The notes under the pieces: generated by a model
Told to the model about the DNA's origin: nothing
Database searches by the model: none
The model's input: only the letters and a program-made list of their open reading frames with translations
In this document: positions 49,916 to 57,902 of the stretch, piece by piece
Layout of the letters: the number at the start of each line of letters is the position of its first letter
Position numbering within the stretch: position 1 is the first letter of the stretch
Assembly (NCBI GenBank): GCA_047629215.1
Contig: JBLHWO010000001.1
Location: 603 to 64,602 of the forward strand
Direction: 5' to 3'
From: Cellvibrionaceae bacterium
Lineage (GTDB): Bacteria; Pseudomonadota; Gammaproteobacteria; Pseudomonadales; Cellvibrionaceae
DNA: 64,000 nt
Made by a program: the position numbers and the translations under genes

Positions 49916-50134
49916 AGTGTTTTAGGATTTCAGGGCAAGGGGCCCAAGTTTATAAGTATAAAAATTGACTTATACCAATTAAGACGAAATCAAAACAGTA
50001 TTCGGATGCAGGGGAGGCTATATTTTTAGAATATATTTAATCTGGGTTCAGGAAGTATGAGGCTAGGATGCGGTTCGAGAATAGTGGTCGTCTCAAGGGG
50101 CGCTATTTTGAGTCCATTTTTCGAAAATTTAAGT

Positions 50135-51378
50135 TGAACCTAAAAACGGCAGTTGAATCACGAAAGCTTCCACTCCTGTTCACTCCCTATGTCAGGATAG
50201 TTGTCACCCCTTAAAATCAAAAATATGGGGGCGGGAAGTGAGTAAGTCATATCCCATTATTCCAGCGAACGTAAAGCAGTGATTCTAAACAAATTATTAC
50301 CTTCATTGAATATGGCGTTAGCACCGGTGGCTAGAGAGGCAGGCGTATCGGCACAAACATTATATAATCGGCGCTCCAAAACTAAGGAATCAGGATTGCC
50401 CCTGCCCGGTAACACACCTACAACAGAACAATGGTCAGCAGATGCCGAACTGGCAGTAGTGATCAAAATGGCCCAATGTCTTAGTCGGAGCTCAGTCAAT
50501 ATTGCCGTGAGAAAGGCCTTTACGTTGAGCAAGTTAAGAATGGGAAGAGCCAATGCTTAGGCGGCTTCCAACGTAGTTACGAACAAGCGTAGATAGCAAA
50601 GAAGCAGGCGACAACGGACAAAGCTGAAATCAAGTACTTGAAAAAAGATTTACGTCGTAAGGAGACGGCACTGGCTGAGACCGCAGCGTTACTGGTGCCG
50701 AGAAAAAAGCTCAATACGCTCTTGGGGGAAGATGACGAGGAAGTTTAACCTCGACTCTAGAGCGCACAGAATTGGTTGAGCTAAGCCAAGAAGCACGGGC
50801 TAACGACTCACGCCTAGAGCTTGCTTGTCGTGAGGCTGGATTGAGTCTTCGCAGTTATCGCCGCTGGTTGCAGTGAGGCGAAGTACAGGTAGATAGAGAC
50901 CTGATACGAAGAAACCAGAACCTGCAAATAAGCTGAGTAAAGAATAGAAGCAAGCCATTGTGGATGTCTGTAACGAAGCACATTATGCCAGCTTTGCAAC
51001 GATACAGATTGTACCAAGCCTGCTAGATCAAGTCATCTATCTTACCTCGGAGGCGCTTTTTAAGACATTGCAGTATCGCCCAAACAGGCCGACCTCGGGG
51101 TTTAACAGTCTCGCAGATGGCCGCGACTGGGTGGATCATGTTGTCGGTAGTTACAACACCGAACACAAGCACAGCAAGCTTAACTTCGTCACACCCGCTG
51201 AGCGTCACGCTCAACAGGATGGCGAGATTTTAGCGAAACGTAAGCAAGTATTGGAGAATGCGAAAGAAGTAAAGCCAAACCGCAGGTCTCAGTCAGTGAT
51301 GGATTGTTAGCTTATCGGAGTGGTCATGCTGAATCCAGATAAGCCAGAAAATATTGAGATGAAAACCTTGGGTTAACA
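50135..51378 (+). mobile_element. IS3-family insertion sequence remnant (decayed transposase, catalytic core deleted); ends approximate
   Basis: The OrfA-like HTH is VAREAGVSAQTLYNRRSK, with a leucine-zipper-like tail. The slippery heptamer AAAAAAG lies at 50703-50709. An OrfB N-terminal piece reads ACREAGLSLRSYRRW. The OrfB C-terminal piece (50960-51310) reads FKTLQYRP...YNTEHKHSKLNFVTPAERH. Multiple stops are present, and roughly 300 bp that should encode the DDE core are missing. Confidence 0.7.
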
Positions 51379-51391
51379 ATTTAAAAAATAG

Positions 51392-51476
51392 CCCAACTAC
51401 CTTGAAAAACCCCCAAACTACCTTGAAAAAACCCCAAACTACCTTGAAAAACACCCAAAATACCTTGAAAAACACC
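51392..51476. repeat. Four tandem copies of a 21-bp unit
   Basis: CTACCTTGAAAAA starts at 51397, 51418 and 51439, and ATACCTTGAAAAA at 51460, giving an exact 21-bp period. The unit is approximately CCCAAACTACCTTGAAAAAAC. Confidence 0.85.
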
Positions 51477-51477
51477 C

Positions 51478-51712
51478 CTCACGCCCCTTACCTACAATTC
51501 CTGTAGGCAAAGTCTGCACAAGTTCTTGCCCTCCAGGGAAGGAGGGTACATCAAAAATGCAAGAGCAATTTTGGAGTGATGCACCTAGAACTTTTCTTAG
51601 TAACTTAAATTAGAATTCACTTACGGTCAATAAGGTCGCTACGTGATTCTAAAATTTCCTATGCCTACATGGATGTCGGTAAGGGGCGTGAGCAGGAGCG
51701 GAAGCTTTGCCC
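51478..51712. repeat. Composite MITE-related repeat; boundaries uncertain
   Basis: A perfect 15-bp inverted repeat is formed by CTCACGCCCCTTACC (51478-51492) and GGTAAGGGGCGTGAG (51678-51692). The module CCCTCCAGGGAAGGAGGGTACATCAAAAATGCAAGAGCAATTTTGGAG (51529-51576) matches 36397-36443. Confidence 0.5.
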
Positions 51713-51863
51713 ACCAATAACCGGCACGGCTTTTTCGCGGCAACTGCGGTTTTTAGGTTGAATAGTGGGCCGGTTGGCTAACAGTGGGCGCTATGAAGTA
51801 ACGAAAATGTACGGATCCGTAATAGGCCTGTCTGTATTCAGGCAGTCTCATCGCTTGGTGATA

Positions 51864-52745
51864 CTATTCAGGGGCGAGAGTATCGCATTTGGCAAAGCCA
51901 GTATTATTGTCATCTAGTGCAGTTGCTAATTTTGGCAGCAGCGAAGACATATTATCAAATAATCCCCATGGCGGGTTGATGATAAACATACCTGATGCGG
52001 TCATACGGTATTCTGATGAGTCGGGCTCAAGCCCTAATTCAAAGCGTTGGATGTTTTTGATACCACTATTAATTAATTTTTTTTCGAGGCGTTGGACAAG
52101 TTGCCTATCTACAACGGGATACCAGATGGCATAAGTACCGGTTGCAAATTTTTTATAGGCGGACTTAATGGTTGTAACAACCTGTTCATAATCGTCTCGG
52201 CTTTCGTAGGGAGGGTCAATTAATACAAGTCCTCTTCGAGACAGTGGCGGTAGTAATGATAACAGGCCTTTAAAGCCATCTTTACAGTGATGTTTAACAC
52301 GGCGGTCATGTAAGTTGGACTCCAATAAATCAAAATCTGTTGGATGTAACTCATAAAGCCAAGCATGGTCCTGAGGGCGTAAAAAATCCATCGCAATCAT
52401 CGGTGACCCTGGATAATAGACTAATGCATCGTTAGGGTTATGTTTGTCGATAATTGAAAAATAGCGCTCTAGCTCAGGCCACTCTAGCCGTTTTTTTACA
52501 GCGGCAGTTTTACTCTTCGTTATTTTTTTACAGTTCGGCTTTAGTTTGCCAATACCATTGCAATATTCCTCTAGTTGTTTAGCTTGGCTGGATTCCAAAC
52601 TAAACAAACCTGCACCGGCATGGGTATCGATATAATCGAAAGCTTTTTCTTTTTTTGTTATGTGTTCAAGAATATCGATAAGTATAATATGCTTCAGCAC
52701 ATCGGAAAAATTGCCGGCGTGAAAAGAATGGCGATAATTAAGCAA
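51864..52745 (-). CDS. rlmJ: 23S rRNA (adenine2030-N6)-methyltransferase RlmJ
   Basis: 293 aa. MLNYRHSFHAGNFSDVLKH and LIDPPYE are RlmJ signatures. Confidence 0.9.
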   Translation of the reverse strand: MLNYRHSFHAGNFSDVLKHIILIDILEHITKKEKAFDYIDTHAGAGLFSLESSQAKQLEEYCNGIGKLKPNCKKITKSKTAAVKKRLEWPELERYFSIIDKHNPNDALVYYPGSPMIAMDFLRPQDHAWLYELHPTDFDLLESNLHDRRVKHHCKDGFKGLLSLLPPLSRRGLVLIDPPYESRDDYEQVVTTIKSAYKKFATGTYAIWYPVVDRQLVQRLEKKLINSGIKNIQRFELGLEPDSSEYRMTASGMFIINPPWGLFDNMSSLLPKLATALDDNNTGFAKCDTLAPE

Positions 52746-52778
52746 AGGAATATCCTAAGGTAAGGTAAGGGCTGTATT

Positions 52779-53171
52779 CTACGCGTTATCTTGATCGCTT
52801 TGCCATAACTCAATCACTTCCTTCGCCGCTCTAAATGCACCGATTCCCGTCGGCACGCCACAATAAACAGTTGACTGTAACAGCACATCCTGAATTTCAT
52901 CAACACGACAGCCGTTGCGCAAGGCACCTAGTACATGAGTTTTTAATTCCGTTGTTGCTTTTAAGGCTGACAAGGTGGCAATCGTAACTAGGCTTCGAGT
53001 CTGGTTGGGCAGTACGCCACCCGCCCAAATACCGCCCCAACAATACTCGGTAACCATATCTTGTAAGGGGCGAGTAAAATCAGTGGCATTGTTAATTGCC
53101 TTATCGACATAGTTATCACCTAATACTGTGCGTCTAATTTTCATGCCGCTATCATATTTATCATTTTTCAT
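52779..53171 (-). CDS. Carboxymuconolactone decarboxylase (CMD) family protein
   Basis: 130 aa. The patterns resemble CMD/gamma-CMD family proteins (EYCWGGIWAGG, VYCGVPTG). Confidence 0.8.
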   Translation of the reverse strand: MKNDKYDSGMKIRRTVLGDNYVDKAINNATDFTRPLQDMVTEYCWGGIWAGGVLPNQTRSLVTIATLSALKATTELKTHVLGALRNGCRVDEIQDVLLQSTVYCGVPTGIGAFRAAKEVIELWQSDQDNA

Positions 53172-53234
53172 AATGTTGATCTCTAAGTAATTAGTTTTTT
53201 CCCTGAATAGGGCTGCCTATATTCTCTATGTCGA

Positions 53235-53669
53235 CTACATCCGATTCATTCCTTTATGTCTATAAAACCTTTTATTTTTATTAGGGTACTCGCCAACATA
53301 GTGATCTAGCTGCTGCCCTACGACGATACATTTCAATACAGTATGACCATTATTTTTTAGGGTATGCGCTTCTCCGCCAGCCCGACAACCCAAAAAATTG
53401 CTAGCCTTAACAGAAAAGTACTCTTTACCAATAATAGCCTCGGCTTGATCCTCTAGAATATAAACACACTCATCTTCATGATAATGTTTATGAAATTCCG
53501 TTGATTCGTGTCCCTGTAGTACTTCGATCATATGAAAGCCAATGCCCATTAAGCCAGTAAGGCCCCCTAGAGATTTATTGATTCTCTTAGCATTTTTATT
53601 CGGAAAGTGTATTTTTTGAATGCCCTCATATTGCTCAATTTATTCTTTAGTGAGGAAAAATTTAGGCAT
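53235..53669 (-). pseudogene. Cupin-domain protein with an in-frame premature stop codon
   Basis: Translation from the ATG at 53669 gives MPKFFLTKE, then TAA (53640-53642), then continues in the same frame with IEQYEGIQKIHFPNKNAKRINKSLGGLTGLMGIGFHMIEV...HKHYHEDECVYILED (cupin motif 1). The track ORF 53235-53549 is only the piece after the stop. Confidence 0.6.
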
Positions 53670-53885
53670 GATCAGGACCAAGATAAGTACATAAGTTAAT
53701 AGATTATATACATTGTATTCCAATTGTCAGACTCATCGGCCCGGTAGCCGACAATGGGCTCAAGCGCTCTTGCGGGTTTACTTATACAGTTTTTTCTATG
53801 AAAACCGATTGGATTTTTTTTTCATTCTAGGTTGCTGGGTGTATACAGTCGCTTGCTAAGCTAAATAATATTAAAAAACTCTAAA

Positions 53886-53978
53886 GGGCACCTCTAAAAA
53901 TGCACTTTTTCCGCGATAGCGGCGTCAGCTCCGTGCTTCCTTGCTCTCACGAAAAAATTACTATTTTTAGAGGCGGCC
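53886..53978. mobile_element. MITE-like element, family B (93 bp, deleted copy, reverse orientation)
   Basis: GGGCACCTCTAAAAATGCAC...CTATTTTTAGAGGCGGCC matches the reverse complement of both ends of 26878-27037, with an internal deletion. TAAA lies on both flanks. Confidence 0.7.
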
Positions 53979-54167
53979 TAAATTTAGTTCGACCACATCA
54001 CCTAGCCAGTAGGCAAGCTCTGTATGATCTTTTACATCATCACCCGTTAATGTGTGAACAAAAATAGTCAAGTTTTGTCTATTGGTATGGAGCCACGGGA
54101 TAAGTATATCAAAGTCGTTTGTGCCAAATGTAATTTGGCAGCTCCAGCAGGGATGTGGCCCAACCAT
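53967..54167 (-). CDS. Small hypothetical protein, possibly the 3' part of a frameshifted gene that begins at the ATG at 54294
   Basis: 66-aa ORF. The same frame stays open a further ~39 codons upstream without a start codon, while an ATG at 54294 lies in another frame. The last codons GRL and the stop come from the MITE at 53886-53978. Confidence 0.3.
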   Translation of the reverse strand: MVGPHPCWSCQITFGTNDFDILIPWLHTNRQNLTIFVHTLTGDDVKDHTELAYWLGDVVELNLGRL

Positions 54168-54375
54168 TTTTTCATGAAAATGGTCAACACGAAGGCCAAA
54201 TGTCGTAGCGACTTCATCACAGAGTTGTTTTGCAAAGATAGCGGTAGGCGTGATAAGCCTTATGGGTGTTTATTGGTCTTTTTACTTCTTTCATAGAAGC
54301 GTATATTACTAAAAAAATGATGAGGAGACTTTAAAATTTAAAAATCATTAAAAATAAATCTCATTGGCCCCTTTT

Positions 54376-54819
54376 TTATATAATAGCTTGCTGTATAAAT
54401 GAATCTCTGCTGGGTTGAGCTATAACATTTCGCTTTATTTGTGTGGATGAGGTTCTGGGGTTGTAACGCACTTGAATAATTTTTTTACCTGCGATTTTTA
54501 AATATGATTCGACATCGATATTATGCGCCTTGTTTCCCCAATCTGCCCCGATAACAAAAATATCGGCATTCAGCTCTTTACAGCCTGATACATATTCAAG
54601 TTCATGATAGGCTCGTACAATATCGACGCAGCGTAACGCCTTTAGCATTTCTTTTCTCTGGTCAAGAGGAATAACCGGTACATTAGGTTTATAAGAATTC
54701 ACTACCTGATCAGAAGCAACGCCAACCGCAACGGTGTCGCCTAAAGTTTTACAATATTCTAATAAGGCAAGATGCCCGACATGCAATAAATCAAATGTGC
54801 CTACGGTATATACAACCAT
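54376..54819 (-). CDS. Small cytidylyltransferase (TagD / glycerol-3-phosphate or phosphoalcohol cytidylyltransferase family)
   Basis: 147 aa. YTVGTFDLLHVGHLALLE (HxGH), VIGADWG and RTSSTQIKRNV are co-linear with B. subtilis TagD as I remember it. Confidence 0.85.
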   Translation of the reverse strand: MVVYTVGTFDLLHVGHLALLEYCKTLGDTVAVGVASDQVVNSYKPNVPVIPLDQRKEMLKALRCVDIVRAYHELEYVSGCKELNADIFVIGADWGNKAHNIDVESYLKIAGKKIIQVRYNPRTSSTQIKRNVIAQPSRDSFIQQAII

Positions 54820-54861
54820 TATATGCTTAACTCCTAAATGAAAATATTTTTTACTGGTGTT

Positions 54862-55028
54862 CTAGGAAGCTGCCCGAGAATAGAGAAGCTGCTAGGAAAA
54901 AGCGGATTTTGGCCAGATTTTCTCCTGATTTTCGTCAAATAGAAACACTATTATTCTCAAATCATGAAAAAATCTGACTCAAAACCGCTTTCTCTCGTTA
55001 CGCTTTTTATCCTCGGACAGCCTCCTAG
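54862..55028. repeat. 167-bp nested inverted-repeat element between the cytidylyltransferase and the CDP-alcohol phosphatidyltransferase
   Basis: The outer arms are CTAGGAAGCTGCCCGAGAAT and ATCCTCGGACAGCCTCCTAG. The inner arms are GAAAAAGCGGATTTTGGCCAGATTTT and AAAAATCTGACTCAAAACCGCTTTCTC. Confidence 0.55.
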
Positions 55029-55106
55029 TGCTGATGCTTTAATTTGTATCGTTACTCTTAATAAAGACTATAAGGCATAAGAGCTTTGCGTCATAAGTAC
55101 TTCAAG

Positions 55107-55766
55107 CTATAAAAGCTTTAAGCCATAAAAAACCGTTATCCCAAGGGTATAAATAGCCAGTATGTAAACATTGTTTGGGTTGCCAGATAATTTTGGCGTT
55201 TTAATTTGTGAGACATTTAAGGCTGCGAGTGCGAGACCGCTGGCATAAAAAAGAATAGAAAATAGATTCTCACTAACAAGGCCTTCAAATATAAAGATAA
55301 AAACAAGAATTATTGTGTTGTTATCCAGAGCGAGGCCGGTATATTTGGAGTCGTCAGAAAGGCCAAAGGTACTAAAATAACTTAATCGTATTGCGCTGGC
55401 AGCCAGCATAATAAAAGCGCCTACTAGAAATAAGGGCTTAAATTCTCCATAGCTCAGCAGTAAAATAGCGGGAGCCACGCCATAACTAACAATGTCGATT
55501 AAGACATCAAGTTGCCCCCCAAAAGATCGGTCGTTGCCTGTTCGTCCTTTCATCTTTCGTGCAATCAGCCCATCTGCCCAATCAAATGCAACGGCCCAGA
55601 TCATGCCAATCATGGCGGCGTAGTAAACGCCTAAGATACTAAAATAAATGGCAAGTAATGTGCAAGCTAAACCTGTCAGAGAGCAAAGGTTGGGAAGATC
55701 TTTTACAAATGAAAGAATGCTAGGTTGAAAGGCCCGGGGCTTTGAGTTTTCGTTGGTCATGGTCAT
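55107..55766 (-). CDS. CDP-alcohol phosphatidyltransferase family protein
   Basis: 219 aa polytopic protein with the signature DWADGLIARKMKGRTGNDRSFGGQLDVLID, which fits D-x2-D-G-x2-A-R...G-x3-D-x3-D. Confidence 0.85.
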   Translation of the reverse strand: MTMTNENSKPRAFQPSILSFVKDLPNLCSLTGLACTLLAIYFSILGVYYAAMIGMIWAVAFDWADGLIARKMKGRTGNDRSFGGQLDVLIDIVSYGVAPAILLLSYGEFKPLFLVGAFIMLAASAIRLSYFSTFGLSDDSKYTGLALDNNTIILVFIFIFEGLVSENLFSILFYASGLALAALNVSQIKTPKLSGNPNNVYILAIYTLGITVFYGLKLL

Positions 55767-56052
55767 TCTACGGGCAATCCTATATGTTTTTAAAAAGAGC
55801 TGTTTTTAAAGCGCGGATATAAAGGCATTACTGAACAAAACTAATAAAAAGCACTGATAAAAGTATGATTAAAATGTACTAGTATAAAACGCGACTAAAA
55901 ATCTAAATTGATATCTAAGCGTATGAAAAAGTTGCTGCATAGCACAGCCGAAAAGGAGAGAGCGAAGCGAAGACCCTAAATAGCCAATTAACTAAAATAG
56001 TATGCTAACGCACTGCTTGAAATGCTCTAAATATTTGAAGAGAATAAAGAAA

Positions 56053-56087
56053 AGAAAAAAGGGCGGTCTTTTAAAGACTGCCCTTTT
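56053..56087 (-). terminator. Rho-independent terminator for cspA
   Basis: GGGCGGTCT-TTTAA-AGACTGCCC forms a 9-bp stem with one G-T pair. On the minus strand it is followed by a T-run (the plus-strand A-run at 56055-60). Confidence 0.7.
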
Positions 56088-56121
56088 GAACATTGCTCTT
56101 TTGAGCAGAGCTACTTACAGA

Positions 56122-56328
56122 TTAAATGGCAACAATATTTTCTGCTTGAGGGCCTTTTTGACCGTCAGTAACAGTGAATTCAACCTGTTGGCCTTCGGCT
56201 AAGGTTTTGAATCCTTCGCTAGCAATTGCACTGAAGTGTGCAAAAACATCTGGTCCAGATTTTTGTTCGATAAAACCAAAACCTTTAGCTTCGTTGAACC
56301 ATTTAACAGTTCCTGTTGTAGTAGACAT
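56122..56328 (-). CDS. cspA: Cold-shock protein (CspA family)
   Basis: 68 aa. [15 protein letters not shown] (RNP1) and DVFAHFSAI (RNP2) are present. Confidence 0.95.
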   Translation of the reverse strand: MSTTTGTVKWFNEAKGFGFIEQKSGPDVFAHFSAIASEGFKTLAEGQQVEFTVTDGQKGPQAENIVAI

Positions 56329-56656
56329 AATAATATCCTGAAATTAATTAAAGTTGTGCCTTCATAAGGCTTGAATTGCATAAAATGGAGGCTGGAAACT
56401 TAGAAACTGCAGGACGAGTCATACGGATAGAACAACGAAATGTAGGATGTAAATAATAGACTTCTTTCTAGCTGCAGGCATGGTATAGGAGTTATTGTAT
56501 ATTGTACAGGTTTATTTTAACTTGATGTCAGTTGGGCAAGAGCATTACTATTGTAATGCTCAATGCAACAGAAGGGGGGCAAACAAGCATTAAGTAAAGT
56601 TAAGCCTATGTGAGGTGCTTAATTTGTCCTCAGCGATTAGATCAACCCTTTTGATA

Positions 56657-57271
56657 TTATACAATCGCCAATAATTCGATTTCAAAAATCAATGCTTGAT
56701 AAGGGCCAATCGCACCACCGGCACCATTCTCCCCATAAGCTAATTGATAGGGAATATACAGTTTCCATTTACTACCTACAGGCATCAGTTTCAAAGCTTC
56801 TGTCCAGCCAGCAATAACACCACCTACAGGAAACTCTGCTGGTTCACCGCGGCTGTAAGAACTATCAAATTCAGTGCCATCGATTAATGTGCCGCGATAG
56901 TGGGTGCGAACCGTTGCGGAAGCGCTAGGCTTCTCCCCGCTGCCTTCTGTGATAACTTCGTATTGCAAGCCTGTACTGGTGACTTGAATATCTGCTTTTT
57001 TGGCATTCTCTGCTAAAAAGGTCTCGCCTTCAGCGGCTTTTTCGCCTGCTTGAGCCGCTTGTTGCTCTTGGACTCTTTCTTGGATTACTTTAAAGGCATC
57101 GCTTATTTCGTCACCGTTTAGTTGTAATTCATTACCTCCAAAAGCATCTTTGATGCCAGCGATGGCGGCGTCTATTGAGGCGCTTTCAAACATGCCTTTA
57201 AGCTGTTCGCCCATTTGTAGGCCTACACCGTAAGAGGCTCTTTCTTCTGTGGTTTGCAGATTAATGCTCAT
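56657..57271 (-). CDS. fklB: FKBP-type peptidyl-prolyl cis-trans isomerase (FklB-like)
   Basis: 204 aa with an FKBP_N dimerisation helix and an FKBP domain (HYRGTLIDGTEFDSS, GWTEAL, LIFEIELL). Confidence 0.9.
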   Translation of the reverse strand: MSINLQTTEERASYGVGLQMGEQLKGMFESASIDAAIAGIKDAFGGNELQLNGDEISDAFKVIQERVQEQQAAQAGEKAAEGETFLAENAKKADIQVTSTGLQYEVITEGSGEKPSASATVRTHYRGTLIDGTEFDSSYSRGEPAEFPVGGVIAGWTEALKLMPVGSKWKLYIPYQLAYGENGAGGAIGPYQALIFEIELLAIV

Positions 57272-57458
57272 AAATACCCTTTTTATCTAAAGTGTGATCG
57301 TATAAAAAAGGCGCATTAAACACTAAATCGGCGCTTTTGGCGAGAAGGGGGGGAGTAAGGCGCTATCGATTTTGAGTGGTATTGAGAATGTTCAGTGAAT
57401 ACTTATTAATACGTAAAGAGCTCGAATAAGGGGCTAAGTGGTGAGTTTTCGTGTTTGG

Positions 57459-57836
57459 TCATTTCCAACCTTGAAGCCATTTTTCTGTATTCTTCAACTG
57501 TTCCCATTCGATCGATTTACAACGCTTGGACATAACGGCCTCTATTACGCAATCGACAACCCCATCATCTTCATCAAACTCTAATCCCGTCACAAGAAAA
57601 TGCTTCTCCTTATTCATGGGAGTAACGGCAGTCCATTTACTGTTGAGTAGCTTTTTTGGATTGATCTTATTCATGACTTGATCAGAGCTTCCTATTGCAT
57701 TTTGGCTGGACTCCGCAGCTAATTTCACTTGGTCGGCTTTGCTAATATATTTAGGCTTACTTTGTGGCGCTAATTTGGCATTAGCCTTTTTGGCGCGAGC
57801 CTTTAATATCTGATTGCTTTTTTTACGGCGGTTCAT
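57459..57836 (-). CDS. TIGR02450-family Trp-rich protein with a Lys-rich N-terminal extension
   Basis: The C-terminal 65 aa (NPKKLLNSKWTAVTPMNKEKHFLVTGLEF...WEQLKNTEKWLQGWK) match my memory of the TIGR02450 signature. Confidence 0.65.
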   Translation of the reverse strand: MNRRKKSNQILKARAKKANAKLAPQSKPKYISKADQVKLAAESSQNAIGSSDQVMNKINPKKLLNSKWTAVTPMNKEKHFLVTGLEFDEDDGVVDCVIEAVMSKRCKSIEWEQLKNTEKWLQGWK

Positions 57837-57902
57837 ACCTGTCTTCTCAATTTAAAAAGAAAGTCCATTGTTATTGATTTTCCGATAGACTATGCACCAC
57901 TT

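Noticed and set aside
49916-50100. A possible ECF-type promoter (CCGAAT...CGTC) upstream of the COG4315 gene.
   Set aside because: The spacing between the -35-like GAAT and the CGTC is only about 13 nt, compared with the 16-17 nt expected for ECF promoters.
51293-51475. A 60-aa minus-strand ORF (MFFKVFWVFFKVVWGFFKVVWGFFKVV...).
   Set aside because: Its repetitive peptide is just the translation of the 21-bp tandem DNA repeat. There is no start context or coding signal.
51392-51476. A possible CRISPR array.
   Set aside because: The repeats are directly adjacent with no spacers, the unit is only 21 bp, and no cas genes are nearby.
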